The notes under the pieces were generated by a model, which saw only the letters and a program-made list of their open reading frames with translations, had not been told where the DNA came from and made no database searches. DNA of 64,000 nucleotides from the NCBI GenBank assembly GCA_002269645.1, contig NIVC01001342.1, forward strand, positions 62,001 to 126,000. Direction: 5' to 3'. Positions 11,801 through 24,532 of the stretch are shown here, piece by piece; the stretch's first letter is position 1, and each line of letters begins with the position of its first letter. This stretch comes from Macrostomum lignano (lineage: Eukaryota). The position numbers and the translations under genes were made by a program.

Positions 11801-14800
11801 GAAATTGGACATTGTCGGGTAGCATCGCACCGAACAAACTGAACCTTCTTTGTGATTAGAAGTTCAGGATGTACACTGAAATTAGTAAGATAGCAGGTAG
11901 AAATTAGTTACAAGCGTATCAATGAGTTTGTGACACCGTGCGTACTGCTTACGCTTTACCGCTGTAGAGAAAATAAGACTAAAAACACTAGAACTAAATT
12001 AGATGTTAAATTGAATACTAAGATACGCCAGTAAGTGGGCGCAGGGCCCAAACAAGTATATTTATATGACTAATTTAGAGGGGGGTTGACTCCAGATAAT
12101 AAGGAGAGGGGTGAAGTGCGCGACTGAAGAGAGAGGCGAGAATGGAGAACCAATCAGAAGGCAGCAAGGGAGAGAGAGAGATAAGAATAACAAGATTGAG
12201 CTAGACAGAGAGAGAGAAAACGGAGTAAACAGAGACAATGTGAAGGTGAACTAAAGAAATGACTAGGAAAGTCGCGACACTCCCCCCAAAAAATGGAACA
12301 TTTTTTGAATTTTCGAGTACCATTACCAATTGAAATTAATGAGTTAGAATTAGGTCGAATTAAATTGAAAAACACATTCACAATAAATGGTGTATAAAAC
12401 GATTTGAAAAATACATAATGACTAAGAATTTGAATACAAAAACAGTAGAGCGAATGCAAAATATTAAGACCGAATTTTAAACTTAGATTTTTATTGAGTA
12501 GTTTTTGAACCAATGAGAAGACTGAAAAGACTGAATATATCCACCCTCCCCCTTAAAAATTAGCAATTTTTAATTGTAAATGGCTAGTACAGTTTAGAGA
12601 AAACATTAACATTGTCAGTTGAGTAAGAGAGCTGAGATGAGAGAGATGAGATGAGATGAGAATCAAGTTGATGAAAAGAACAACTGGAGACGACTAGAGA
12701 CAACTGGAGACACTGACAAGAGAGGAGGGGACCGAGTGAAGAAAGTTTGACAAAGACCGGTGAGATTGACTGCCGACACCGACTCCGAAGACGTGACGAC
12801 GGCCCGAGTTGAATTGTGAATATGCCGCCGGCACCGACTCCGAAGACGAGACCGACAGCCCGAGTTGAAATGCGAATATGCTGCCGGCACCGACTCCGAA
12901 GACGAGACCGACAGCCCGAGTTGAAATGTGAATATGCTGCCGGCACCGACTCCGAAGACGAGACCGGCAACCAGAGATGAGACGATTGAGAGGCCGGCAG
13001 ACGAGACGATTGAGAGGCCGGCAACCAGAGACGAGACGATTGAGAGGCCGGCAACCAGAGACGAGACGATTGAGGCCGGCAACCAGAGACGAGACGATTG
13101 AGAGGCCGGCAACGAGACGATTGAGAGGCCGGCAACGAGACGATTGAGAGGCCGGCAACGAGACGATTGAGAGGCCGGCAACCAGAGACGAGACGATTGA
13201 GAGGCCGGTAGACGAGACGATTGAGAAGCCGGCAAGCAGAGACGAGACGATTGAGGCCGGCAACCAGAGAGGAGACGATTGAGAGGCCGGCAACGAGACG
13301 ATTGAGAGGCCGGCAAGCAGAGACGAGACGATTAGGAGTCGATGACGGGATGACGAGATGACTGGTGTAGGGCTACGACAACGACGATGGCATGGCCTTT
13401 GCCAGCCTTACTGTATTGACTGAATTATTTTTCATTGGGCGCCATGTAGAGAAAATAAGACTAAAAACACTAGAACTAAATTAGATGTTAAATTGAATAC
13501 TAAGATACGCCAGTAAGTGGGCGCAGGGCCCAAACAAGTATATTTATATGACTAATTTAGAGGGGGGTTGACTCCAGATAATAAGGAGAGGGGTGAAGTG
13601 CGCGACTGAAGAGAGAGGCGAGAATGGAGAACCAATCAGAAGGCAGCAAGGGAGAGAGAGAGATAAGAATAACAAGATTGAGCTAGACAGAGAGAGAGAA
13701 AACGGAGTAAACAGAGACAATGTGAAGGTGAACTAAAGAAATGACTAGGAAAGTCGCGACAACCGCAGCTTCACCTGTTTTGCATTTCAGTTGAACAACG
13801 CTGCGTTGCGGTATTCAGCAGCAACTTGTCTTCGGAATCTCCTGAAGCAAAAGCCGGAAATGAATATTTTAAATTCATTAAAAGCTGCGGCTTTTCCTCG
13901 AATCCGGATTCCAGTCAGCTCCAGCTAAACCAGCTGATCAAGCGTGATCTTTCGGGCACAAGATTTTCAGTTGTTGTCGTGAATGATAAGGAAATCGGGA
14001 ATTCGCTGAGCTTACAGAACACTCTCGAAGACATTAAAAAATCCAAAACGCAGCGCTGCCTGCTTGTCTACTGCAAGGTTGACAGCAACCGGTCGTTCGA
14101 TACTTCGGTTGACTTTTCTGAGAGCTTCTACCAAGAAAGTTACAAAAACATTTTCTGCTTGTATAAAGTTGCAGCGGCTGATCGGATCGAAAATTTTTTC
14201 AAGTCCTTGAAGGAACATCAAACTCTGCATTGGCAGACGAATTGCATCGGGTCAATTATTCGTAAAGAATCATTCAAAACTTCCATCAAGGAAAAAGGGA
14301 TTGTTGATCTCAAATACGGCACACCTGAATTCGTGCGCTTTCGACAGCCTTGCCGATTTAATGAGAAAAGTAGAGATTATCTTAAAGAGGACTCAAAACT
14401 GCTCAGAACTCAGGATTTGCAGCAGATGAAGCAAGACGCAACAAAAAACGAAGATAAAATGGGTTACTATGAGCGCCATGGCGAACCAACTGCTCTTGTT
14501 GTCAATTGCGTGACCACTGGTGGCGCTGACGCACTCGAAGGTTCAAAAGTAGACAGTGACCGACTGTGCTACTTGTTTGAGAACATGCTGTTTGGTGTAG
14601 TGCAATTTAACAACCTGAAGGCGAGCGAGCTGATTCGTACGGCTGAAGAGTTTAAGGAGCATCACAACCTGTGGATTCTCGTCATAACTGCTTTTGAAAA
14701 AGACGGTAAAATTGAGTGCTCGGACGGCTTAACAGTAACTGAAGCCGAAATTATCAGTGCTTTAAAAAACACTGGCAATCGGTCAGCTCCAAAGCTCGTG

Positions 14801-15253
14801 ATATTCAACTTACGAATAAAAGGAGTTGAGCAAGAATCCACTGACGGTACAAAGGAAAAGGCCGACGCTAGACGGACGAATATCCCATATAATTGCCGGG
14901 AGCTGGCGCAGTATCTTAGAATATCCATGAATACAGATGAATCACATCACAGCCAAGCTGGCCTGGTCACGTGCAGGTATACTGAGCCTCTTTGCGATAA
15001 AACTGGCAGCGAACTGGTCAAAAGCATCTGTACTGCATATTACAAGCATGCCGATAGTAAGGACGTGGTTTCACTAATCAACGAAGTCAACAAATTATTT
15101 CGCCGCCCCTCAATGGATGGTTTCGATGAAAAGCCACGATGGACGTGGCTAACGCACAGAAACTTCTTCTTGTGCAAGACAGACGCGGAGCAGCCGTCGC
15201 ACGAAAAGTCGAATGGAAAAGGAAATTCTTCGCAAGAAAAAAAAGGTTGGTAG
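8817..15253 (+). CDS. Caspase-like gene A, catalytically dead (pseudo-caspase) with N-terminal alpha/beta domain
   Basis: Model: ATG exon 8817-8835 (MAAPQT), micro-exons 10261-10311 and 10645-10719 (both phase 1-1), large exon 13791-15253. Caspase-fold landmarks ALVVN...GSKVDSDRL..LF, PKLVIF, GSELVKSIC, NFFL. No His-Gly dyad; the catalytic Cys position reads N-L-R (Arg codon at 14813). The large exon is well supported, the 5' exons are inferred. Confidence 0.75.
8980..10180. repeat. 60-bp tandem array, about 20 near-identical copies, in first intron of gene A
   Basis: Unit ttgatgatggcttcattagcagctgtcatcagcatggagacatacagtatgccgagg(g/a)gc; no spacers; a single copy exists at ~24123-24186. Confidence 0.97.
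11963..13761 (-). mobile_element. Non-autonomous mini LTR retroelement (TRIM-like), family 1
   Basis: 317-bp LTRs at 11963-12279 and 13445-13761 (TGTA...GACA, no differences seen). 5-bp TSD ACCGC. Minus-strand PBS TGGCGCCCAA (10-nt match to tRNA-Lys PBS). PPT-like ttttttggggggag next to the other LTR. Internal ~1.17 kb of short tandem repeats with no gag/pol. Confidence 0.92.
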
Positions 15254-15575
15254 AATTGTTCCAATTAGGCTTGCAGAAGTTACCAAACGCTTCTGTAAAA
15301 ATGATAATACGAGCGTACGCTTCGTATCCTGCAAGCGTAGCGTTACGCTCATATGATGAAATTCCTTTCGACTGCTTGTACAGTTCATACAGTTCAGATA
15401 ATAACTCTTGAGTGCTTGAAACAATACTGGATGATGGGGTCTCCAATTGGGTATTGTTTTCTGGAACGTGACGGTTGAGTTTGACAATGTGAAATTCGAG
15501 TTTGAAAAATTTCAGTAAGTTAAAAAATGCATGTGAATACCCCGAGTCACTTTATGAAACTTCTAAATTTCAGAA

Positions 15576-17044
15576 ATGCCTGCAGGGCCAAGCGGTTTTC
15601 AACCAGGTAAAATAAAATTTTGTTTTCATGTCGAAGTTATAAATTTCTTGCACAATAATTTACGTGTCAAATTGTCTTTTTAGGTTCCCACCAGGCGCTG
15701 ATACTGTTGGACAGCGGCATCCAACAAAACGATGGGGAAATTTTAAAGAAAGCTCAAGATTTCGAAAAACTTCTTGCTGCCAGTGGCTACCAGGTAAGGG
15801 CAGAGGAAGTTGAGATAACAGAAAAGTTTGAGCTATTCTGCACCCCCAGTGCAGTCACATGTAATGCGAAGTTCGTTCTGGCTCTCCTTGTCTACACTAC
15901 GTATCGCGACCTGCAGCAATTCAAGAATAAACTTGAAAAACAAGCAAGCAATGCTAAGGACATTGTTGTTTTTTCATGCGAAATCGGATCGCAGAATGAA
16001 CAGCAAGTAACGAAAATCAGTGACAAAATGTTTCACGTTAGCGTTCGTAACAGTGCAAAAGTAATCTCTGAATGTATTCAGAAGTGGCTGGATAAAGTTA
16101 AAATCAGACAGCAAGCAGAACAACTCCAGGGTGGAAAAGAATTCCCTGTGATACCGCTTCCGCGACGACGCGAAGAAACATTAAATACAGATGAAGCTTT
16201 GGTTTTTTCGAATGTTGGACACGACGAAGAAGTAAAAGAACCGATTGAAGGGAAAAACACTATTTCAAAACCTGAGGGGAAGCGCCCACGCCTCCTGATA
16301 GTCAGCAACGCTATATTCCCTAAATGTGAGGATGACAGACTGGCCAGTCTGTACGATACTGCAGTTCTGCGTCATCTTTTCCAGCAGTTTTACTACCGAA
16401 TTTCCATCTGGCACAATTTGAGCTCCGAAGCTTTGCGAACAGTGGTTGAGGAGTTCTCCAGCCTTAAAGATCACAGCAAAACCTCTGTTATCGTTTTTAT
16501 GTCACACGGAGAGCTCGGAAAAATTACGGGAGTTGATGACAAAAGCGTTGAGGAAAACGATCTGTTTGAATCCCTAAACAACATTAAAGAGCAGAAGCTT
16601 GTAGTCATTCAATCCTGCAGACACCGCGGTGCTGAACGAAATGTCGTCTGTAAAATACCGGCTAACACGATAGTTGCTTACTCCACCGCTCCTGGAGACT
16701 ATAGTAGTCGAAAGGACGGTTATGGTAGCAGGTTTGTTCTCACCCTCTGCCAGGCCTTTGCTGATTATGTTCGTGACATTCCGAATGAGCAACTGGATGT
16801 TATTGAGATCAGCAAGTTCGTTAACTATCGCATGATGCACTATTATGAAAAGCCTAATTATCCTGATGAGCCTAGTCATCTTGCTACAGATAGCCACCAG
16901 TGGCAGCTGCCGTGTTGGACAGCCACAACAACAGAGAAGTTCTGGTTGGTTAATGCGGACAACAAGGCGGACAATAATGCGGACAATAATGCGGACAATA
17001 ATGCGGAAAATAATGCGGATAATGAAGACAATTCAGTTGCCTGA
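15576..17044 (+). CDS. Caspase gene B, intact catalytic dyad, with N-terminal alpha/beta domain
   Basis: ATG exon 15576-15606 (MPAGPSGFQP), 77-nt intron, exon 15684-17044. SHG (His at 16505), QSCR (Cys at 16616), S1 arginines in DDRLAS and YSSRKDG, GSRF, EKFWL. Confidence 0.9.
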
Positions 17045-18699
17045 TCAGATGGACTGAGGAGCCTGAGGCAAGGCCAGAACAATTTAAAAGCAAATAAAAC
17101 TAATAATAGCTACAACTGACTGACAAAGCATGTCCTTTACCCTTTGCTTATAGTGTTGATGCTCATTCACACCACATCTTAAAACCAGGCCAAGCTTAAT
17201 AATGTTAATCACGTGGCTTTTTAAATTTTTTCAGTGCCGTAATTTGATAGCAGTGTGAGCGAGCGTGACGCGTAAATCTTGACTCAAAAATATTTGCATG
17301 ATTTGTTTACGCTCTCATTCAAGGCTTAATCTTACTCTGAAGATCAAATCAAATGCTCAGCTTACAAGACTTGCTTTTTCGATTGCTAATTCATCAGTTA
17401 TTGCTATCATTAGAGTATACTCTGTAAAAATGAAATAAAAATCGATTGGAATCTTTATATCAGATAATACATAGTTTATCATTTCAGTTGGTTCCCCAAT
17501 CAATTAGCCCCAGCGTATGTATATTAAACATGAGTACAGCTGTGCAGGTTTTTTAGGTATTGCCATGCTATCACGCAATTGCACACAAACTCAAATCAGT
17601 TGACTAGCATACGCCATTGCCCAATATTGAAGTCATTTTAAATAAATCATTCAATTGCTCAATTCATTCTTATACGTAAAGCATGAAATTTGAAACGAAT
17701 TCCTCACGTTACCAGGGCGGGGAAAGAGTACAAAGTTTATTAAAGGCTGAGCAATTTGATTGATTCTCCAGTAAAAATGGTATTTATAAGCAGATTTTTA
17801 TGAAACAGTGTTTCTGTCAAATAGGTCAATGCATGTTTTCAAATTTGAAAAATGATTTCTCTCTAAGTTAAGGGCGGCTCTCACATAAATTAATTATTTA
17901 ATATTGTCACCTGTTCTGCATTATATTGCAGTTATAATTTATTATATATTATATCGCATTACCTTACATTGTATTTAGCTAGCATGTGTCGCGTGTCTGT
18001 GTGAGACTTTCTTGGCTTTAAACCCTCTTGAGCACCTTTTGTGTCTGATTTTGCTTCTTATAACTTTGCAATTGTAGTTTTTGCATGTTAGTTACATTTA
18101 GCTATTTTATAAGCTAAAAATTGAAGTTAATAATTTTCCTCTGCCATTAATACACTTTTTGACTAATGCCATTCTCCCCTGGTGCTTCAGTCGTGGGCTG
18201 GAACACCCGTGCACGCCACTTCCTTGAGCAGTTTCTATTCGGCAGGGTTAACATCTGTGCTGTGCTCGAGGAATCGTCTCTAAGCAGGTAGCAGGGAATG
18301 AAGCACCGCGCGATCCCCACCAATTTTTCGATTCTGACAATTTTTTCAAGGGATTCAAAGTTCAATTTTATTAAAGAATCGTGAAGAAACCTAATAAGGT
18401 GTCGGAGCTGCTTTATTTTGTCTTTTGATTCAAAATACGCTGGTAGCTACTCATTTCAAATATGTACTTTACTGCACGGGTGCTGGTTTGAGTCTTTGCT
18501 ATTCTGCTTTCTATTTATGATTATCTATAATCAAAGAAAACTAATTTCAATAATAAAAATCTATAAATCAGTTTCTTCGTTATATAATACTTTTTATCAT
18601 AAGTTCGTGTGTAGAACCGATTGTTGTTAAATCATTATTTATTCCACAGAATCTGCTGCTTCATTGCGTTCTTTTTATTTCTGAGAAAGTATCTAATCG

Positions 18700-18754
18700 C
18701 CATCACCATCATCAGCATCACCATCATCATCACCATCACCATCATCACCATCAA

Positions 18755-18790
<36 letters not shown>

Positions 18791-18800
18791 TATAACCATC

Positions 18801-18832
<32 letters not shown>

Positions 18833-19750
18833 CATCATAATCATTATAACCATCATCATCATCATCATCATCATCATTATCATCATCATTATAACCATCA
18901 TCATCATCATCACCATCACGATCACCATCATCATTATCATCATCATCATCATCATCATAATCACCATCTTCTTCTTCTTCTTCTTCCACCTTTTTTTCGC
19001 CTCCCGGCGTAGGTGGCACCCTGTGTTTCGGGCGTTTCCTCTTCTTGTCACTCGCCGCATGCTCTCTCGTGCCGTGCCATGTTGGTTGCTGACAGCCATC
19101 TCTTACAGTATCGACATTCTGCTCTCTTCCTTTTGTGGATCCTTGCTATCATTCTCGCCGCTTCGTCGTTCGTCCTCGGTCCTTCCATTGCATGGGGCTC
19201 CTCCTCGCACTTCTTCCTGTGTCTTGCGTAGTTAGTCTTACTGATCCACTTTTTACAGTTGTTACATTCTCTTCTTGTGCCTTCCGTCCTGCCTCCCGTG
19301 CACCATTTCTCGTGATTTTTTCTTGTCGCTTCCGTTCTGAACTCGCTGTTGCATCTCTCGCATCTCATTCTTATGCCCGTATCGGTCTTGTGCATTCTTT
19401 TTTGGTGGATGGCTAAGCCTCCTCTCGATCTGCATACTTTACCGCAGTTCTTTTCCCAACACCTGAAACCTGTCAGTTCGTTTTCATCCGTTTGAGTGCT
19501 GTTGAGCTGGTTTTGTTCCTCCCGTCCTTCGTCGTCTCTTTCTGCACCCTTGCATCTCAGCCGTTCGATCTTTTGCCACTCGACGTTTCTTTTCCTGATG
19601 ATCTCTTTCCACTTGATCCTGTCGTTCGCGTATTGTCCTACCTTGAGTGGATCGAGTTTTGTTTTCCGGACCAGCTTTTTCCAGTAGGTGATGATTGTAG
19701 TTCTTCTCTTCTTCTGTCTTCCCCCCAGACTTCCCCCCATCATCATCAAG
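18700..19750 (-). mobile_element. 5'-truncated non-LTR retrotransposon (RTE-like) 3' end with (GAT)n tail
   Basis: ORF 19048-19749 carries the LINE C-terminal ANDRIKWKEII motif and four C2H2/C2HC fingers (CxxxxCGKVCRSRGGLAIHQKRMH etc.), followed by a ~270-bp (CAT)n array at 18700-18970. No RT domain remains. Confidence 0.6.
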
Positions 19751-21664
19751 GACGAGTCCCCCGGTCGTCAGCAGTGAACATCAAGCGAAGATCATCACCT
19801 GCTAGCTATCAGCGAAGACTGGGACAGCATCATCCCGGGTCTACGGCTGCGGAGCATCAAGCCGATTCGGTCACTGTGGATTGCCTGGTCTCCGGCTGTT
19901 GAGTTTCTGATTTGTTGGGTAAGAGGCTACCTAGACTTGCTTGATTGGGTGATCCCCTATCTGTCCCCTGTTTCAGTAGCTGGATTAGGCGCACACTTTT
20001 GCTCATTTTGTTCAGTAGTGCTGTTACTGAGGCAGAAATCACTTAATAATACTGCTAGTAGTCTGAAACTCCAATTCAATCTGAGGTGTGAAGAGATATA
20101 AGAAGGTTAAATCTAACAGTTATTTTATTTCTTTGTTCGCCGATGGCTCAGATGAGTAGCTAAGCTAGTAGGCACCGGTCACAGTGGACCAATGGCCAGG
20201 CAGTTCTCAGTCGATCAATCAATCAAATCAGTGAGCAAAACTGCCAGAAGTGCAGAATCGGCGCCAGAGATGTACTTTGTGCACTCTAGGTTAGCCAAGC
20301 GGCTCGGGTAATGAATCATGCGAGGTCTCCGAAGTTCGAGTTAGTCTATCATCAGCGCTATGGGAGGCTAGTTGGCGCGTTGAAGGCCAAAAGTACATAC
20401 CTTCGTATTTAGCAATGTAATAGTACATGTAGCTACCCCATAGACTCGCCACTGCAAGAATCCCCTGCACAAGTCCCCTCTGTACCTGCATGGCCAATGC
20501 GATCTAGTCCCAGCAGTGTCCCTTATCATCGGCTATGACTTCGAGATTGACAGCAAAAAGACACTAGTTGGCAGGTAAGTGCAAAGCCCCTTCTAGTCGG
20601 AAGCCCGATTTCGAGAGTCCCGGTGTGGTGAGCCAGGACGCACGGGCTGGTGGCAGCGAGTTAGCTTAGTCTGCGGATTAGCTAATTTCTACCTTTAAAA
20701 TTCTCCCTGCTTGTCTCTCGCTGTCCCTCTCTTAGCTATAGGACCTAGACTGCTCGCCACACGATCAAGCTACCATGGGGCTGACCATCTGACAGGAGTG
20801 GGGGGCCAGGACTCTAATTGATTTATTTCTGAGGCCTGAGGCCCGAAGGCTTCCTCACAAGGGGCCTGAAAGGTCGAAACCCATCAATTTAATGAATCGT
20901 AAATTTATGATTTCTAAAGTTCATATGAGAATGTAGCGATACTATTGGTATTGTCAATTTTCAAGCATTTAACACGGTTTTAAAGTAAAGTAAAATTATT
21001 CAGACACTTTCTCAATACCACTAGCAGCACATTGGCCGTGCAATTTTATAATTTTTGGAGGCTAACATCATTAAAACATTACACTGCGGAGACAGGAAAA
21101 AAAGTCATTTTTGCATCACAAAATCAAACGATAGCATTTGATCTCTGTTAATGAAGATTACCATTCTTTTAATTTAGGATGCAAAAGATGTCAGTCTGTT
21201 GTATTTTATACATGTAAGTTTTTTCCTAATATATATTAGGAACATATATCTATATTTTTTTATTTTTACAAGCCAAAAGTTATAATTACTCACTAGTGAC
21301 ATTATTAGCTAAAATATTTTGTTTTGCTTCGTCTTGAAGCAAGTATATATATGATGCAGAATATAAAGTGTGAAAAAGTGACACAAAAATAAAATAAATT
21401 CATAGAGTATAAAAAATGAAAACTAGGAAGATGAAACTCATTAACGCGCAACTATTAGTATATAAAATACAGCAGAGTAACATGTTGTGCACGCTAAATT
21501 AAAATAATGGTCGTCCTCGTCCTCATCCTCCAGAAAGAAATGCTTTGGATAGTATATTTTGTGATTAAAACATATTCTCCTCTCTACAGTGTATTTTTAC
21601 GGAAATCAGCCTCCAAAACAATTACAGGATCTCTGAATCTGACTGTATCGTGGGTTGCTTTCAC

Positions 21665-21895
21665 AAGCTCGAAATTTCACAACATCGAAACCAGTTATTT
21701 TCATAAGCTCGAAATTTCACAACATCGAAAATTTCAGCAGCCGACTTCATATTCATAAGCTCGAAATTTTACAAGCTCGAAATTTCACAACCTCGAAAAC
21801 CATTTTAGCAGCCACTTTCACAAACCCGAAACTTCATAAGCTCGAAATTTCATATCCTCGAAAATTTTAGCAGGCGACTTCATAAGCTCGAAAGC
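21665..21895. repeat. Degenerate aagctcgaaatttcacaac tandem repeat
   Basis: Direct reading, about 6 copies. Confidence 0.75.
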
Positions 21896-22734
21896 TAGAG
21901 TGAAAAATACAAATACAGTATATTTTCGAGGTTCACCAAGCCACCAAGACATGGCACTACTATAGGCTCGCCCACGGGGGTAGGGGGGAGAGCTTTTATT
22001 GAATTTAATTGATTTGACTCTTATAGTTTTACTTAGTTTTACTACTGTACTGATTTAATCTGTTTTATTTTTCTAAACTCGATCACTAAAATACTAAAGT
22101 ATCGCACTAATTGGAAACCAAAATACATCAATTGCGTAAGAGCCCCCTCAGGGCTGAAGCGCAGGGCCTTCGTTTGCTCATTACTTATCAATGAATGAAT
22201 GAATGAATGAAAGGAAAAAGATTTCGTATATAGCCGCGAACAGAATTCGAATTACATACAAATTCGTAATTCACATACGGACAGTTCCCAGAATAATACA
22301 TAAGTTTGTCTGTCACTCATTTTGCGCAAGACACCCAGACACTGCATGTAAAAAACTGCAAAAGGACTTTTAACAGCTTTGTCATACAGACAGATCAACA
22401 GACAGACAGACGGCTTTTGCAGCAGCTACTTATCTACATGCACCTAGGCGCTGGGTAAATGTTTTAGCAGACAAAAAACCAAATACTTTTACCAAGTGCT
22501 GCTCTGTCTAAGAAGAATAATTTATTCTTTTTTCTCTTCATTATATATTCATTAACTGCGTATTAACTGCTGCGTATTACATTTGTTATATTACAGCCAT
22601 ATTTCCGGTGGTCTAAGCCGCGTTGTAGGCCATGAAGTTATCGTACTCTTCACAAATTTAAAGCAAATTTACTGTTTTAATTCTTGGCAAAACTTTTCTC
22701 GTTCATAAAATACTGGTGGACTCAGTATTCGTCT

Positions 22735-23245
22735 CAATTGGCGCCTAAGGTCAAATTTGGCGCCAGGACCCCCAAAATTGGCGCCGAAAGCTAAATTTGG
22801 CGCCAGGATCCCCAAATTTGCGCCAGGATCGCCGAAATGCTGAAATCAGCTCGAGAGGACCCAAACTAGCCCTGGAAAGCTCAAACTAGCGCTGGAGAGC
22901 TCAAATTGGCGCGGGAAAGCTCGAATTGGCGCCGAAAGCTAAATTTGGCGCCAGGATCCCCAAATTTGCGCCAGGATAGCCGAAATGCTGAAATCAGCTC
23001 GAGAGGACCCAAACTAGCCCTGGAAAGCTCAAACTAGCGCTGGAAAGCTCAAATTGGCGCGGGAAAGCTCGAATTGGCGCCGGAAGCTAAATTTGGCGCC
23101 AGGATCCCCAAATTGGCGCCAGGATCGCCGAATCAGCGCTGGAATGTGCCAACGGGCGTAGAAGTGGCAGCATATATCAGCTTGCTACTTTTTGGCGCCG
23201 ATTTTAATATACCGGCGCCAATTTCAGCCTTTGGGCGCCTATTTT
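22735..23245. repeat. ggcgcc-rich repeat with internal tandem duplication and inverted ends (foldback-like)
   Basis: Repeated aaatttggcgccaggatcccc and aagctcaaactagc blocks; ggcgccaaattt inverted at the right end. Confidence 0.6.
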
Positions 23246-23897
23246 AGCGCCCTGGCAAGGTCAATGCATTTAGTTCTCACGCGATGGAGCCAAAAAAAAT
23301 TTTTTCTTTTTTTTGAATTAGTGCCATGTATCTTGCCAACCAATACGAGTCAAGTTCTGGCGTCTGCTTCTCCACAGCCGCCTTGCTGGGTCCCGTTAAC
23401 AAGCTTTTTTTAGCGTGGGAAACTGTCTGACTCACTCATTGGATCCCCCGAGTCCACGGGTGCAAGGGCTAGCCAAGGTGGACCCACGGTGGAGCCACCT
23501 GGCTAGCCACGTATTTTTTGTTTAGTGGACTGCATGGCTAGCCTGGGAAAATGCTCTGCTGAAACAGCTGCATTGCCCCCCCCCCTCTGTACAAGTACAT
23601 TCACCCTCATTCCTCTACTACTGCACAGTTTAACCAGCCGAATGTGTGTCCGTTAAAGAGAAGCTGACTGAGTCAGCCGCGTTCCCGTGGCTTGCCATAT
23701 ATGGGGCTTTTTCTCCAGATTTTTTTGTGTGAAGCGCTTGCGCTGGAGAGAGTTCTCTTTTTTTCGGAGCAAAATAAAGCTTATTGCAGTTTGACTGTTT
23801 TGACCCAAGCAACGCCTGTTGTGTCTTGAACGCTAAAGACGCACCTTTCCGTTCAAATAGCACGGAAAGTTCTTCCGGTACAGGAGCCGCACGAGTT

Positions 23898-24447
23898 ATG
23901 GCTGAAACCGGTGAGCAAAAGCTGAGCAAAGCGTGATTTAAGCTCAGCTGTCCATACGAGCGTAATTGTCTCTTCGTGTATTGAGCCTACTTCAGTAAAT
24001 GTGTCGGTTGGCAGTGCATTCTATTGCAACACTGTCCTTGTGTTATAAATGTAGTACAAAATTAGAATCAGGGCAGAGACTCCATCCGAAAACTAGATTA
24101 GTGTGCCTTTGGAGACGAAGAGCTTGATGATGGCTTTCATTAGCAGCTGTCATCAGCATGGAGACATACAGTATGCCGAGGGGCTCCGTGCGCTTCAACC
24201 CATCTCTCTATTAGCCAGCCCTGACCTCTATCCAATTCTAACCAATTCAACAATCTGATTTCCGATTTCCAGTTGGATCTCTTGTAGCGGATCGCAACCA
24301 AAGCATCTCAGCTCCAGCGGCCACAGGTGAGAACTTGCATTGGGCGATGGTGTTTGTGAAGAAGACAATCGATTATATAAATTTAGCGCTGCTCTACCTG
24401 CAGCTGTAATTTGGTCGGGGATTTGCAGACTGCATTGGTTTCTCTCT

Positions 24448-24532
<85 letters not shown>

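Noticed and set aside
18621-19235. Poly-Ile, poly-Met and poly-Asp ORFs
   Set aside because: Translations of the (CAT)n microsatellite.
21940-22210. Possible LINE 3' end with (AATG)n tail
   Set aside because: No coding remnant or TSD recognisable; too weak to call.
24110-24190. Hammerhead ribozyme core on the minus strand (CTGATGA...GAAA...GTC), also in the 60-bp unit
   Set aside because: Core words are in the right order, but stems I and II cannot pair and most array copies have GAAG instead of GAAA. An Infernal search with hammerhead models would settle it.
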